DNA of 64,000 nucleotides from Octopus sinensis (Eukaryota): the NCBI RefSeq assembly GCF_006345805.1, contig NC_043004.1, forward strand, positions 87,544,001 to 87,608,000. Reading direction: 5' to 3'. The notes beneath the pieces are model-generated. The model did not search any database. It saw only the letters and a program-made list of their open reading frames with translations, and was not told the origin of the DNA. The first letter of the stretch is position 1; the number at the start of each line of letters is the position of its first letter. This document shows, piece by piece, positions 13,071 to 26,840 of this stretch. Both the position numbers and the translations under genes were made by a program.

Positions 13071-15941
13071 CACACTTGTATTTGAAATTTTAGTTTTTGA
13101 ACCCTTAAAAACAAACAAACACCAATGCAGTAGTTATTTCATGATTGCCTATTATTAGGGTTAATATGGCTTTGCAACAAAATACTATAAGTTTAGTTAT
13201 TTGCATAGCAGGCATGAATAATTCATCACAAGTTGGAAACCAGTTTTACCAGATTCTAATAAGAACAAACTCAAGTGAAAATGATGTTGCAATTGTTATA
13301 GAGGATTTCAATAAACATGCAGAGAAGCATTAGACAGATACACTATTGCATAGAGAGGTTCTGAAATCATAATAAGATATAATGAATGTACAAAGCTTAT
13401 GTAGTTCTGAGATGAAAGTCACTAAGTAGTCTTTTACATGAATTGCAAGAATATATTCAAACTGGTTATCTTATACAAGGGGAGAGGCTCATAGCTGGGT
13501 TGGTAGAGAAAGTTAAAAGATCTTCAAGAATTTTGTTTGGATGTTGAAATAAGATAGATTGCTAACAAACACACCAATGACTTGATAGTATTGTGAAAAA
13601 AAGTGATATTCTTAATAATTGATATAGTTGCACCATACATAATTAAGGAGTTTCAGAAAAAAACAAAAACCCCCAAAACAAAAACAAACAAAAGAGGAAA
13701 AAAAAAACAGAAATAGAGAAAAAAGAAAAAAATCCACTAACAAATTTAAAGATGAAAAATTGCAGTAGGTAAGGGAAATTACTGTCTAAAACTAATGAAT
13801 CAAGTACTACCAAGGTGGCAGCAAGAATTGTACAGAAAATGATTTGGGTTAGAAGTCAGCTGGAGAAGATAAATATTGCATTTGGTATAGAGCTGCAAAT
13901 ACTACAACTTCAGGTGAAATACTTAAAGAATAAGCATTTTTATCTCACTATATTTGAGTTATGAATTCCATTGAGCAATGAGAAAGTTAAGTTTGAATAA
14001 ACAGCTTAAGAGAATTGTATAAGTTTGTGTACAAAGGTGTTGAAAGTACAATCTGGATTATTACAAAGTGTAGTGAAATCTACAAAAGCACTATTATTAG
14101 TCCTATCCTCTTTGCCCTCTGCAATGAGAACCTGATACTGCATGCATCCATCTTGAATTCTTCATTGGAGTCTCTAATGGCTTGGCCAAAGTTGATAGCA
14201 GTATCTTTAAATATGAGCAATAAAAGGAATGGAGCTAACAGTTATTGGTGAAGAATGAACGAAGACCACTGAAATGAAGTAAACAAATCAACTGGGTATC
14301 ATTGATTGGAGCATTGGTATGGATACACATACATATACCCTCTAACATATATTGCACATATATACACAAACATATATATATATTCACATATATACATACA
14401 CATCCACTTATATACACATAAACACACATACACTGTGAATAAATGGCCTATATTCAATGGAATTGTATTTTGATTTAGTGGTAGAGGTTACATGAGATCT
14501 GATCTCATTATCAAAGCTCACATAGATCAGATCATATAAGGTTAGGATTTACTATAATAAGATGAAAAAATTTGAGATGGATGGAACAATGCTGTATAGT
14601 AAATCCATTATGTCATGACAGCATAAAAAAAAAACATTGAATATGATGATGAGCCTTATTTCGACAAGCTTTAAACTGCTGAGCTAAAACGGAGGTATCC
14701 ATCAATATTGAAAATTGAAAACTATGTATTGATTGACAAAATGAAAATTACACAATTGATTATTAATAATCTTGTCTTCAAAAACCAAACTATCTAGTAT
14801 CAAATATAACTGAATTGAAAATTTGAAGAATTTCACAATGAAGTAATAAAGATGAATTATGATCAATTTCTATGAATAAAACCAAGGAAGTATGAAATAG
14901 AAATATTGCCTTAATGACAGCTGTAAATCCATAGCATATGTCATTTCATAAGCGACAAAGATCATCACCTGCAATAATTTAATATCTTGGAATTTAAAAT
15001 AATAGAGAGTGTGTCATTAGTAATATGTTATGAGAGGCATTTATAATGATTAAAGAAAAGCTTTGTGTCTCTGTTGGTGACAAAGTATAATAAAAATATT
15101 ATGGCAGAGAAAGTGGAGAATATACAACATCTGGAAGGAAATAAAGAAGACAGACATTATTTCCAAGAAAATGTGTTTGGATGAGCAAAGAAAATGACTG
15201 AAAAAAAAAAGAAAACAATAACAAAAATACAAAACAAAGAAAAACATGAAACAAAACAAAAAACCCCCTCATCAAATTCTATCATCATGAAGACTGACTG
15301 AAGAGGCATGAAAATATGGTGAAAATGAAAACCAAGTAAAAATGTGTCATGAACTGGTAGTAGTAGTAGTAGCTAAAGTAGACAAGAAAATAGGTAGTTT
15401 GTAATAGGTAGGTTTGATTTCAAGTCTAAGAATACTTAGAAAGCAAAAATACTTTTCTTCAACTATAGCCTTTGTGTGTTTTGTAATTGCATATGTTTTG
15501 TTCTGTTTGTGTGATTGTGTTAGTAGAATGCTGTAAGAGGCTGTTCTTGACACTTCAAGAGAAACTAAATAATAGCCACTAAGCATCAAATATATAAATC
15601 TAAGAGCAGAATTCAATATATTGTATATGAATAATGAATATGATCTGTTCCATATGGCAGCTCTTTTGGGAGGAACAGCTCCGAATTGCTTGCAAAGGTA
15701 GAAATTAGAATGACTGCATCAGAGGAAGATCATTTTTGCTTCAGTTTTGTCTAATATCATGAATAAATATCTGTTTATTAATTACCTTCAAGCTGAAAGT
15801 TTAAATAATCAGAATATTCACTTTAAAACCTATGCTTCAAAATCTTCTTTCTTGACCCTGCCTTCCCACACAAATTATAGTCTTCAGCACACACACACAC
15901 ACACATTTGAATACTTCCTTGTTTCAATATTAACAATTATC

Positions 15942-16166
15942 AAGGTGGTGAGCTGGCAAAATTGTTAGCACACCAGGTGAAATACTTAGCAGCATTTCAT
16001 CTATCGTTATGTTCCTAGTTCAAATTCTGCCAAAATTGTCTTTGCCTTTTATCCTTTTGGGGTCAATAAAATAAGTACCATTTGAGCACTGGGGTTAATG
16101 TAATCGACTTACCCTCTCCCTCGAAATAGATGGCCTTGTGCCAAAATTTGAAACTATTATTATTAG
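15942..16166 (+). mobile_element. tRNA-derived SINE family B with a conserved central domain
   Basis: Head 'aaggtggtgagctggcaaaattgttagc...gttcaaattc'; core 'tttgccttttatccttttggggtcaataaaataagtacc'; tail 'ggccttgtgccaaaatttgaaac(tat)n'. At least six further copies in the window. Confidence 0.85.
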
Positions 16167-16189
16167 ATTTAATAGAATGTTTGTTACTC

Positions 16190-16249
16190 ATCATATAGTA
16201 GGTGACTTTGGAAGTATACATTTGCCGCCATGGGTAATATCACACACTC

Positions 16250-16287
<38 letters not shown>

Positions 16288-16730
16288 AATATATGCATAT
16301 ATACATATATGTACATACCTACATATATATGTATATATACATGCATATATGGGTACGGGACATCAAAAAAACGTAGAACACTATGAGAAATGAAAACATA
16401 GAAAACAAACTTTTTTTGAACAATGAAAAATACAAACAGAGAAATGAGACATACAGCATAAAGAATATTCCCCTTCATCAGTTGCCCCTGTTTCATCTAC
16501 TCTGCATTCCGAAGACAAGGATAATACACGACTTTGTTGAAATAGTCCTTCCCGCAGAGCAAATTAAATAGAATTTGGAATTTTTTGTGGAGGGTGAAAG
16601 TGGTAACAAGAACAGGACAGTGAGAACAAGACAGTAAAAACAAACGGTGAGGCAGTTAAGTCAAGACGATAGAAAAATTATTTTGAACGCTAGGAAGATG
16701 AGCTTATGAGAGGAGACAGGTAAAAGCACA
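16190..16730 (-). mobile_element. Microsatellite-embedded interspersed repeat, possibly derived from a Penelope-like pseudo-LTR
   Basis: Unique-looking block bounded by (TA)/(TG) tracts; the minus strand carries CTGATGAAG and GAAAC fragments (16465-16515) of the kind seen in PLE hammerhead motifs. Confidence 0.35.
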
Positions 16731-16779
<49 letters not shown>

Positions 16780-17059
16780 ATATATGGCATATAATTATAA
16801 TTTAACCTTTATAATGAAATGAATACCAATTTTCAAAAGAAAAGTATTTATTACCTTAAATTAAAATTAAATAAAACAATTGCATAAGCCCCCCCCCCAC
16901 CACATTTCCTCCTCCTATGATTCTTTCAACTCATCCTGCTTCTCTTATGTTAGCTTTCTCTCTCCCTGTATCTCTCTTATACCCCCTCTCTATAAAATGT
17001 AAAGTGTAACTGAAAAACGCAACCAACCAACATTTATATTGACTATCCATTGTATAGAG

Positions 17060-17419
17060 CAGTGTTTCTCAACCTTTTTACCCTTGTGTAACCCTTAAAA
17101 TAAATTACATGTCTCAAGAAACCCCTGCACAAAAAAAATTACACACCATATCTTTCATAGTAAATCTCATATATATATATATATATATATATAAATCGGG
17201 TGTCCATAAATTACAGACATCACTAAATATATTCCCAATGGTTGTTATATTTTTTTGATAACATAATAGGTTAGATAGGATGATGTCTATATTACAATAA
17301 CCAATAATATGTTGTGCATGTAGAGTAATATTATGATCATGAAATTAGCGTTAGCTTATCTCACTCTTTCTCATGGAACCCCTAGGAACCTTCTGGAGAA
17401 CCCTGGTTGAGAAATGCTG
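17060..17419. mobile_element. hAT (Charlie-type) MITE, 360 bp
   Basis: 15-bp TIRs cagtgtttctcaacc / ggttgagaaatgctg (13 of 15 match); perfect 8-bp TSD gtatagag at 17052-17059 and 17420-17427. Confidence 0.92.
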
Positions 17420-17787
17420 GTATAGAGACTAATTTTAATTAAAGTATTTTTATTAGTAATTTTTTAAATACAAGAATTATAGAGGAATAAGAGTAATAGT
17501 GATGTTAAATGCATGAGATAGATAGATAGATAGAGAGAGAGATAAAGAGAGAGAGAGAGAGAAAGAGATAGATCTTAGAATGGGTATAGCAAGTAATCAT
17601 TTAGAAGGAAACACAACATACTTGTTAAGTCTCTAAATTAGAAAACATGATATTTCAGGATTATGAACGGCAAATAATTGACCAAATAAGGTATGAATTA
17701 AATGTTGACACATGTAAATGATATTTATTGTTAGCAAACCAATTTTAGTTGATTTTGCAATCTTAATGCATCTGGAGTTTTATAGAA

Positions 17788-17940
17788 CAATTGTTTCAAA
17801 TTTTGGCACAAGGTCAGCAATTTCAGGGGAGAAATAAGTTGATTACATTGACTCCAATGCTCATCTGGTACTTATTTTATCAACCCCTGAAAGGATGAAA
17901 AGCAAAGTCCAATTCAGTGGAATTTGAACTCAAAATGTAA
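17788..17940 (-). mobile_element. SINE family B copy, 5'-truncated
   Basis: 'gtttcaaattttggcacaagg...tggtacttattttatcaacccctgaaaggatgaaaagcaaagtc...atttgaactc' is the reverse complement of the family B consensus. Confidence 0.85.
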
Positions 17941-18029
17941 ATACAAGTATTACATATAACTGGATGGCTGTCCATCTGCTCTTAATTATAAATATTTCAT
18001 TTCAGGTTTTAAATTTTATTCATGTTCTC

Positions 18030-18230
18030 TCTGAAAATGCATGTCATGTCAAGACAAGGACGGATGGATGGACGAACGGACACACACACGTCACAGGCTT
18101 TTTTCAGTTTCTGCATACTAAGCACACTCACAAGGCTTTGGTCAGCTGAGGGTCATAGTAAAAGACATTTGCCCAAGGCACCAGGTAGTAGGACTAAACC
18201 TGAAATTATATGGTTGGGTAGTGTACATTT
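18030..18230 (-). mobile_element. SINE family A head region
   Basis: 'caggctttttcagtttc...cactcacaaggctttggtc...gacatttgcccaaggc...ggactaaacc'. Confidence 0.7.
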
Positions 18231-20299
18231 AAATGAAATCTGACTGAAAGAACAAAGATAATCTTTTTAAGAATTTAGTTCTATTTTATGGACATATGTA
18301 AGCTGTTTAGTTATAATGTTAACATATTTAATGCAGAAAAACTAGAAAAACTAAAAATAATTATGTGGTGTGGGAAAAAAAAAACATTAGTCAAGGACTA
18401 ATATTTATTTTAATCATTTTTGCATGTATGAGATAACTCCAGACATATTTTGTTCTTATTGTGATGACCTCATCAGCAAAACCTAACCTTTACCACACTT
18501 GCCAAAATAAAGGTGAAAGAATTACTAAGTAAATTTACAAGAATGTATATCTGTTGATGTAGGAAAATAGAATTGTTTAGAGACTAAATGAATCAGAGAT
18601 GTCATAAAAATGAAAAACAAGTATAAAGAAATAATGGGGAAAATGATGTTTGAAACATCACTTCACAGTAGATCAAGTATGTTGATTATTTGATGAGTGA
18701 CTGGAAAATACATTTGTGAATCAGTATTATAGAAACCAAACAATTCTGCTATGTAAATTGAGTTTCTATATTATTCTGTACAACCACGAACAGTATGCAC
18801 TACAATCTTAAACAATGTGATAAATTTGTACACAAGTTTATCTACTGCAACATTGTTAAAATGCACAATTTAAATATAAAAAATCAATTTACATCTTTTT
18901 CCTATTATAGTAATTTGTAAAAAAAATGTTAAGTGCACAAAATATTTCTATGGAATGAAATTTCATATAATGTATAAAAATATCATTAAAACAAAATACA
19001 AGAACTAAGACTATTTTTTGTGCTACCAATGAAAAATAGACAATGAAATATTATAAAAACCTTATAACAAAGAAACTGTTAGGATACCATGTTACTAATT
19101 GAAGTTCTATTGAAATGATAAAATATGAAAATGTTTAATGTAAATACACAAAAACCAATGTTTAGTATTTCATGTATAGAACAAACTTAGTCTGTCTTAG
19201 CTGAGAAACTTCAGCCTGGCAGCTGGCTTTAAGAAGAATTTAATTTTATTTAATAATTGTTTATGATAAGAAGGGCATCCAGCTATGAAAAGAAAAGATA
19301 ACACATGCCAAAAATAACAGGAAACACAGAAGTTCAGTGAAGATTGATGTTTGAGAAGGATACTACATTGGTTAAGAGGATGTAAAAGATCTTCAGGCAT
19401 TAGTGAATCCCCATTAAATTGTATCTTATTAAGCTAGTTTATAAGACAAACCAGATGAAATCTGAGTTACGTGAGTGACTGTTAGTGTTGACCTCTACTG
19501 ATATGTTTAAGTCTTGTAGGAGAGAAAATTCAAGGTGTGATAAATGAGCACAGCAAATTCATCATAAATTCAAAAACAGTAAATTCATCATAAATATTAA
19601 GCTCATTTAATAATATAATCATGGGAAACCAATTTGTCCATGGTCTGATATGAAATTTTGTGGTAATTGTTTAGATAAAGCACTGCATACCTTACAACTA
19701 GCTGTATCATGATGTGTACTGGGCAAATGGCAAGATTAGAGAAATTGATAGAAATAAGGACTGAAGGTGAGTGATATTTCACCAGTACATATCCACTTGT
19801 TTCTAATTTGCTTTTACACCACTCTTTAAGAAGTATGCTTCTTTTCTAGCATTCTGCCCTTCTCCCTCAATAGCCTCTTAATTTGCATACTGTTGAAATC
19901 TATTAACCTCTCCCTTCCCAGCTTTTTTCTATCTATATTAGGTTGTTTCTTACTTAAGACCTACTCTTCACTATTTGCTTTCACATTCTTCTCTAATAAA
20001 TACATCTTCATAGTGAGATGTATGTATAAAATTACTGAAATTTTATTAATGGAAACTGATTTTCTTTATAATAATTCTGTTCTTGTGGTATCATAATATA
20101 ACCAGGCTGTATTCTTTTCTTTCAAAGATAAAAACCTACCCTGAAACAAAAATAAGTTGAGTCAGAGTAGCCTAAAGTTTGCATGATTACGTTTGAGCAA
20201 TATTTATGCTACACTGTGAGGTTCAGCACATTGCATACTGTGATAACTACCATACACTTTTGCTGTAAGCATATTTTGGTTTTGAAAGTTCAAGAAATC

Positions 20300-20620
20300 A
20301 GCGATCTAAAGAAGAAGCATGTATGAGGCAAGCAGAGCAGATGTCAGAGAAGACAATGTCAGAATATAGTTGAAAGACAGATGCTAACCCAGGATACCAA
20401 GTGTTAACAGAAGAAATAGATAAAATTTTTATTGATGACAGTAGAGATAGTGAGGTGGAGGTAGACAAACTACTGAAACCTAAACCCAAATTATACAAGT
20501 TCCTTCATAACATTATTTTGTATATTGACCTGTCAGCAGAAACTGATATTCAGGAATATTACTGACATCATAGAGCCTTAAAGGAACTCATTATCTGGAA
20601 GAAGCATTGAGCTAATTTGT
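20300..20620 (+). pseudogene. pogo/Tigger (Jerky-like) transposase C-terminal remnant
   Basis: Translation with stops, DANPGYQVLTEEIDKIFIDDSRDSEVEVD..KPKLYKFLHNIILYID..DIQEYY*HHRALKELII, resembles from memory the acidic C-terminus of Tigger/Jerky transposases (DPGYQILTDEEI...). Confidence 0.45.
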
Positions 20621-21933
20621 ACTGATCCTGTTGCTGTTAAACTTATTGATGGTATTGTTGACTCACCTGCTTTTGGTTCAGTCCATCGTCCCTCACCCCA
20701 GACTTCTATGAGAGGGAAACAATAATTCATAATGACAAGTTATCACATTTGTCCTGCCTTAACTACATCAGACTCATTTGTCATCTACCACAAGTAAATG
20801 AAATTAACAATGAATAGTATCAACTTTTTAACTTTTACATACTGGAATGTTAAATAAATTTATAAAATATATAATTAAAAAGTTATGTTCAATGTACAGT
20901 GTGTGTATATTTTCAACATCATATGTCAACCTCTACCATTAGTTTGGACAGCATGCAAAAACAGACATTTTTGCTCTTATTAATAGAGTTTAACAAGGAT
21001 TCATTACACTTAAAATCTCTTATCTTTATGGCTTCATGAATATCAATGTCCTTTGGAAATCTCTATCTAGGAGATTTTTAAAATGATTCTGTCTTTAAGT
21101 TAGCATCATTACTGTATTGGGCAATTAGTCATAGTTATAAGACACTCTAATTGCTGGTACAAATGCCAGCAGTCTTTACAGATAAAATATAGAAGAGCTC
21201 TAAATTGGATCTTAACTTGGCCAGTGACAGATGAGGGTGACTGTAAAACCTGGATTTAACAAGAGGAATCTAATAAACCAGAAAGATAAATACTGACATA
21301 AATACAAGCAAATGTTGATATCAGAACAATGAAATTTCTTCCATACAGTGATCAATGCATTCAAGGTATCTACTAACACACACACACACATTCATACAAC
21401 TTCTAATATGGCCTAGAAGAGTCTATAGGATTAGCTACTTGTATAAAACTGTTTGGGTAAGTGTCTTACAACTTGAACTATTCCTAATATCCATCCCAAA
21501 CATTTAAATTAAGACTGGGGTCTACTTTTGGTTGCATTGGCTCAAGAAAGATTATTGTGCTTGATCTGAAATCCCACTGCCAATAACATGATTAAAGGGA
21601 TAACTTTTGGATTGCATATAAAGAACACAAACACTGAGGATATAAAATATTTATGTAATTCATAATTTTCACCTGCCATAATGACAGGAGCTGACTTCTA
21701 AGCATATCATACATTTTGGAAATATGTGTGAATTTGATTAGATGCCTTTCCATATACTTCTTTCAGTCACTTGCAAGTTAAACAGGCTGCATTTACCCAG
21801 TGCTATAGCAAGCAGTGGGTAATAAATACATGCACCTCTATAGTGATTATCATCATAGTTTTCACATTCATCTTTCTATTCTAGCAAAAACTGAATCAAT
21901 TTGTAGTAGAGGTGTCTCTGTGAATTTTTGTTA

Positions 21934-22800
21934 GGCATGGTTGAGTGGCTAAGAAGTTCACTTCCTTACTATATGGTTTTGAGTTCAGTCTCACTGTGTG
22001 GCATGTGGATGAATGTCTTCTACTTATAGCCCCAAAGGCACATGAGTTAGAGGTTTGGGTTCTCAGCTAACAATCATGAGATTGTGAGTTCAATTCTCAG
22101 TGGCATGTTGTGTCCTTGAACAAGACACTTTATTTCACATTGCTTTTGTTCACTCAGCTAGCAAAAATGAGTAGTATCTGTATTTCAAAGGGCTGACCTC
22201 TATGCCATGGTGACTCTCTCTGAGAACTAGAGAACTATGTTAAGGATACGTGTATCTGTGGAGTGCTCAGCTACTTGCATGTTAATTTCATGAGCAGGCT
22301 GTTCTTTTGATTGGATGAACTGGAACATTCATTGTTGTAACTGATGGAGTGCCAGGTTGACCAAAACCTTGTGAGTAGACTCGGAAAATGGAAACTGAAA
22401 GAAGCTCACCATATGTGTGTGCGTGCGTGCATGCATACATGTGTGCATATGAGTTTATATTTTCCATATCTTCATATGCTTTGCTGGTTATAAACAATGG
22501 CATACTGGAGGTGTTGCTTGCATTCCACTGTGAAAGCATGTCTGAGCTTCTTGGCATGTTGCGTGATCTTTGTAAACAAAAGGTTCATTGAAACCATGTC
22601 ATTTGTTCTCAGTCATCTCCATAAACATATCCAGGCTGTTTGTTGTGTGATAGGCTGGGAGATTATTACCTTGCTTGGAAACAGGTGAGAGTTGGTATTA
22701 GGAAAGGTATTCAACCACAGAAAACTCTGACCCAATGTACTTATGTCTGACCCAGGCAAGCACAGAAAGGTAGTTATTAAGATGATGATGATAATGAATG
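21934..22800 (+). mobile_element. SINE family A head with RTE-like tail, interrupted by a nested SINE family C
   Basis: The family A head breaks after 'ctacttatagcc' (about 22031) and resumes at 22355 'ggttgaccaaaaccttgtgagt'; it ends 'ttaagatgatgatgataatg'. Confidence 0.75.
22036..22354 (+). mobile_element. tRNA-derived SINE family C, nested
   Basis: tRNA-like head ('gagttcaattc' B box) followed by 'tgtgtccttgaacaagacactttatttcacattgc...cactcagctagcaaaaatgagta'; related copy at 30495-30720. Confidence 0.75.
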
Positions 22801-25800
22801 ACACTAATGATTTTATTTAGTCATTACTACTTATCTGCCTCTTTCTCTCTCTCACACATAACATCAGGGTTATATAAAACTTCTTTATTTATTTTACAAT
22901 TTAGGAATTTTTTCTAGAATGTATTTTGTTTGGAAAGCTTTACAACTTTGGATATTACTATATATTCTCAGAAAAAGAAATATTCTATATTACATAGTAG
23001 ATGCTAGAATCAACAAAATTCTTGTGTTAATTTTCCTACATCATTTATATGATAAATTTTACAGAAATTACTATCAACATTTAAAACAATGCTTCATGAT
23101 GTACTAACTGTAAATTTAAATGTAGATTTTAAAGTAAAATTTATTCTAATTTCAATTATAGTATACCATTTGAAAACATAAATAACTAAAAATATTTTCT
23201 TTTCTGTCTAATCAAAAATGTAATCAAGTCAGAAATTTGTTCAGTAACTATAGAAATTCATATGAATTAATATTCACAATATATGAACTATTCAAAAGAA
23301 CTGTCAGTAAAATATGAATATATGTATAACTGCAAATTATAGCAATAAAAAATATTATGGATAAATTAAATGGATAAAAATAATTTATTCATTAAGTTTA
23401 TAGCAGATTTAATATTAATTATATGATATAAAATTGTTCATGGTTCTATAAAAAAAAAAAAGAAAAATTGTTGCCCTACAATTATTTAAACTGAATCTGC
23501 TGATACATTCAGGAAAAAAAAATCATATATAACTAATAGATTGTGTCAGACTGAATGAAGCACATATTGAAAGTGCTTTAAAACAATAGTATTGTAATTT
23601 CAGAAGTTACAAGGTGTCACATATAGTAAATATTGATAAAGAGCTAAATAAAAATAATCAATTATGTGCATTGAATATGATCAATATATGTAAGTATGTG
23701 TATAAAAATAGAGACAGGAAGAGAAATCTATAAAAGCATATGTAGATACCAAATTATCTCAATGTAAAAATAGCATCTTATAATAGAATTTGGTCAGTTA
23801 ATATCTCTCCATAATGATTCCATACTGAGAGGAGATATGGCAAAAAGTGAATAGGTAAAAAAAAAAATAACAAAAAAGAATGGATGGCTGTCGGAAAATG
23901 CTAATAAGTAGGCAAGTTGCAAATGTCAGTATATTTAACCTTTATGATCCTATTAAGCTGAAATGCATAGCAACTAAATCAAGGGTGCCCTATGAATGAA
24001 TGAATGATTGAAGTAGTCAACTTGATTAAGGATTGGTTAATTAGTAACCTTGAATTATATAGAAAGACACATCAATTAGAAATTTAGTAATGATAATTAT
24101 TTCACAGAATATGACTATTTCGAAGTTAAGTGCAAAAAATTAAAATTATAAATAAAATACAGTAAGAACAAAACAATATATATGCATAATATATTTTGCA
24201 GATAGCAAAATTCATATTTGTATGTACAATGTTTGTTGAGCAAATAAAAGAAGTTTGAGGTTTCAGAAAATGATTGCTAATCCTATTAACACTGGCTCAT
24301 AATGCGAGAGTTAATTGGGAAGGTAGGTAGTGTAAAAATTATGTACATGCAGTCAGGTGAGAATTAATAATAATATGTATGTTAACTTTGTTTTGTACAT
24401 ACATCTCAATATTACTTGACACAGAGAATAGAAACAACTTGTAAAGGAAAGTATAACATAAATTACTTACTTTTTACACTAAGCATAGCAAAATGTGTTT
24501 TAGTAATAATTGGAAAACTAAATTTTCCTGTAGATTTGAATGCATGGTTTTCATGACAAAAAGCCGAACTGGCTTTAGCATAAATGCAGTAAAACACCAA
24601 GTAGAGAGCGAGAGAGAGAGTGAGCGGATATAGGTGGATTATATTAGAAATATGACTAAAGAGAAATTAGGCTGATAAAAGCTATAAATCCTGTCCCCCA
24701 CTTCCAAAATCATTAAATTTACCTCCGACTTTCATATCAGTACCCACTATTGACTGTCTTAAACTGTACTGGTTTCTCCTCAAAATAGGCAACTCATTTC
24801 TTCTGTATGACAGATAATAAAGAGTGACAAGCTCTGCAGACAGACTCTGAATGATATATGTATACATATATATGTATATATCTGCACTACTAACATCAGT
24901 AAAACAATGGTTACCTTGAAAAAGCTTATTCAATCTATAACAGACATGCCTTCCATTAAAAGTGTTTCATGTCAACATGATATAGAGATCAATGATAGAA
25001 AAAGATCAATAGAGACACTCCATGTACAGTCCCTCATTTTTCCATTTTAACGACTCTTTTTGTCATAACTTACAGTATTAATGAAGCTGATACATAAAAC
25101 AATATTAGAGATTATTTGAAAATAATTAAATAAATAAGTAAAATAAAATTAGTTAATTATTCTATATCTAGTTATACAAAATAAAAAGGAAGAGGAGGAA
25201 ACATGACTAAGGAAAGCTTAAATAATATACATTATATATATTTCTGAGCACATTAATTACACACACGCACAAAGATTTAATTTATTCTCTGACCAGATAC
25301 TTCTAAGTAATACATTCCTTTATGTTAATTGTATATGAATCTATATTATGTTTAACTTAATTTTAGCAACACATTAATATCTATATTCAGCTAAAGATAT
25401 CAGAAGAGGTACACATACATATAAATTATGCAATCATTTATAAATTTCTTTAGTTTCTCTTATGGCATTATGAAGAATCTGGACTAATATGCAACAATAT
25501 AAATCTATCATTATTGTTAGATTTTATTTTCTTCTATTATTATTTTGCATTTGAATATTTTTCTTTTTATATATTGCTCACCACTTTTGGCTGGAATACA
25601 TACAATTCCGTGGATATTGATAACTGGAGTTCTATGAATTAAAATTATGCATCATAAAGCATCCCTCTCTCACATACACACACACACAATTTGCCACTAG
25701 TACAGCAAAAAGTAGTTAACATTAAAAAACAGAAACATAATGTAACCAACATATGTAAGCTAATGCATTCAAATGATAGGAAAGAAGCAGCTTCATTAGC

Positions 25801-26840
25801 TGATGATAATGAAACCTTTAGAAAAAAACAAAGCAAAACATTCTAAAACTCAAGTTACTACAGATGCTGTAGCAAACAAGTAAGATAAAACTCAATTTTG
25901 GAAGGACACTTATGTTTATGTCATGATAAAACACAATAAATCTTTATGAAAGAATGACTAGTGTTAAGAATAGCATTAGTTAATATACAAAATCAATGTA
26001 ATATACATTATAAAATCCCAAATTGAACACTATATCTGAGATGTTGCATGCAAATATTGCGGATAAAAGAAATGGCTTATTTTTCTTTTTATGTATGATG
26101 ATCACCAACCTCCATTCTATCATTAGCACAACGATATTTGACTTGTTTGTATTAGATTGAATTGGACACCGAAAATACATATACAGCAGGAACACATCAA
26201 GATTCTAAGGATAAGTGAATGCTATATGATAAAAAAAGATTATCGAAGTGTACAGCAAGAAGGATAAATAAATATGCCAGATATCAATTTTCTGACTGAT
26301 AATGGTGCTACAATCTGGCATATTGGTTCATTCATTGTATGCAATGCATGATATTAGAGAAAACGTTAGGAAAAATGCTCTATTATACATAGTGATGGCA
26401 TTAATGGTATCTGGCACTGTAAGGAGATTTTTTATCATGAATAGAAATACTTTGCAGAACTTCAGCTTATGTTGATGAGATTGACTCCCCCCCCCCGTCA
26501 TACAAAACTTTGGTAAAGGGATATCTTATTTGATTACTGTTATACTAAGAAGTTGTGATGAAGCCATACAAGATAACAATTTAGAAAAATGTTAATAAAT
26601 AAAATAGCATTATCTATTAGCTGTGAAATATAAGTCAGAGAGGTTCATTAAGGTGGCTGTATTTGCAATGTGGTCATATCTGTAGAGGTAAAAAAACAAG
26701 CAAAAACTGTTTTTCACTGATAGAGCTTCAATGGAATTAAAGGGAAGCCTGAAGAGGAATTAACAGAAGCTATTTGCAGGAATGAGATTCAAAAGACTCA
26801 GCGAATCTGAACTCTTTCAATCCAACAACCCTCATAAGTA

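Noticed and set aside
13200-14300. Very old RTE remnant (IEDFNKH, IISPILF)
   Set aside because: The motifs are too degraded and dispersed to delimit with confidence.
15290-15330. CTGAAGA-ggcat-GAAA hammerhead-like core
   Set aside because: No flanking stems I or III.
25790-25830. CTGATGA-taat-GAAAC hammerhead-like core
   Set aside because: No stem II pairing, no stem III/NUH and no stem I; probably chance.
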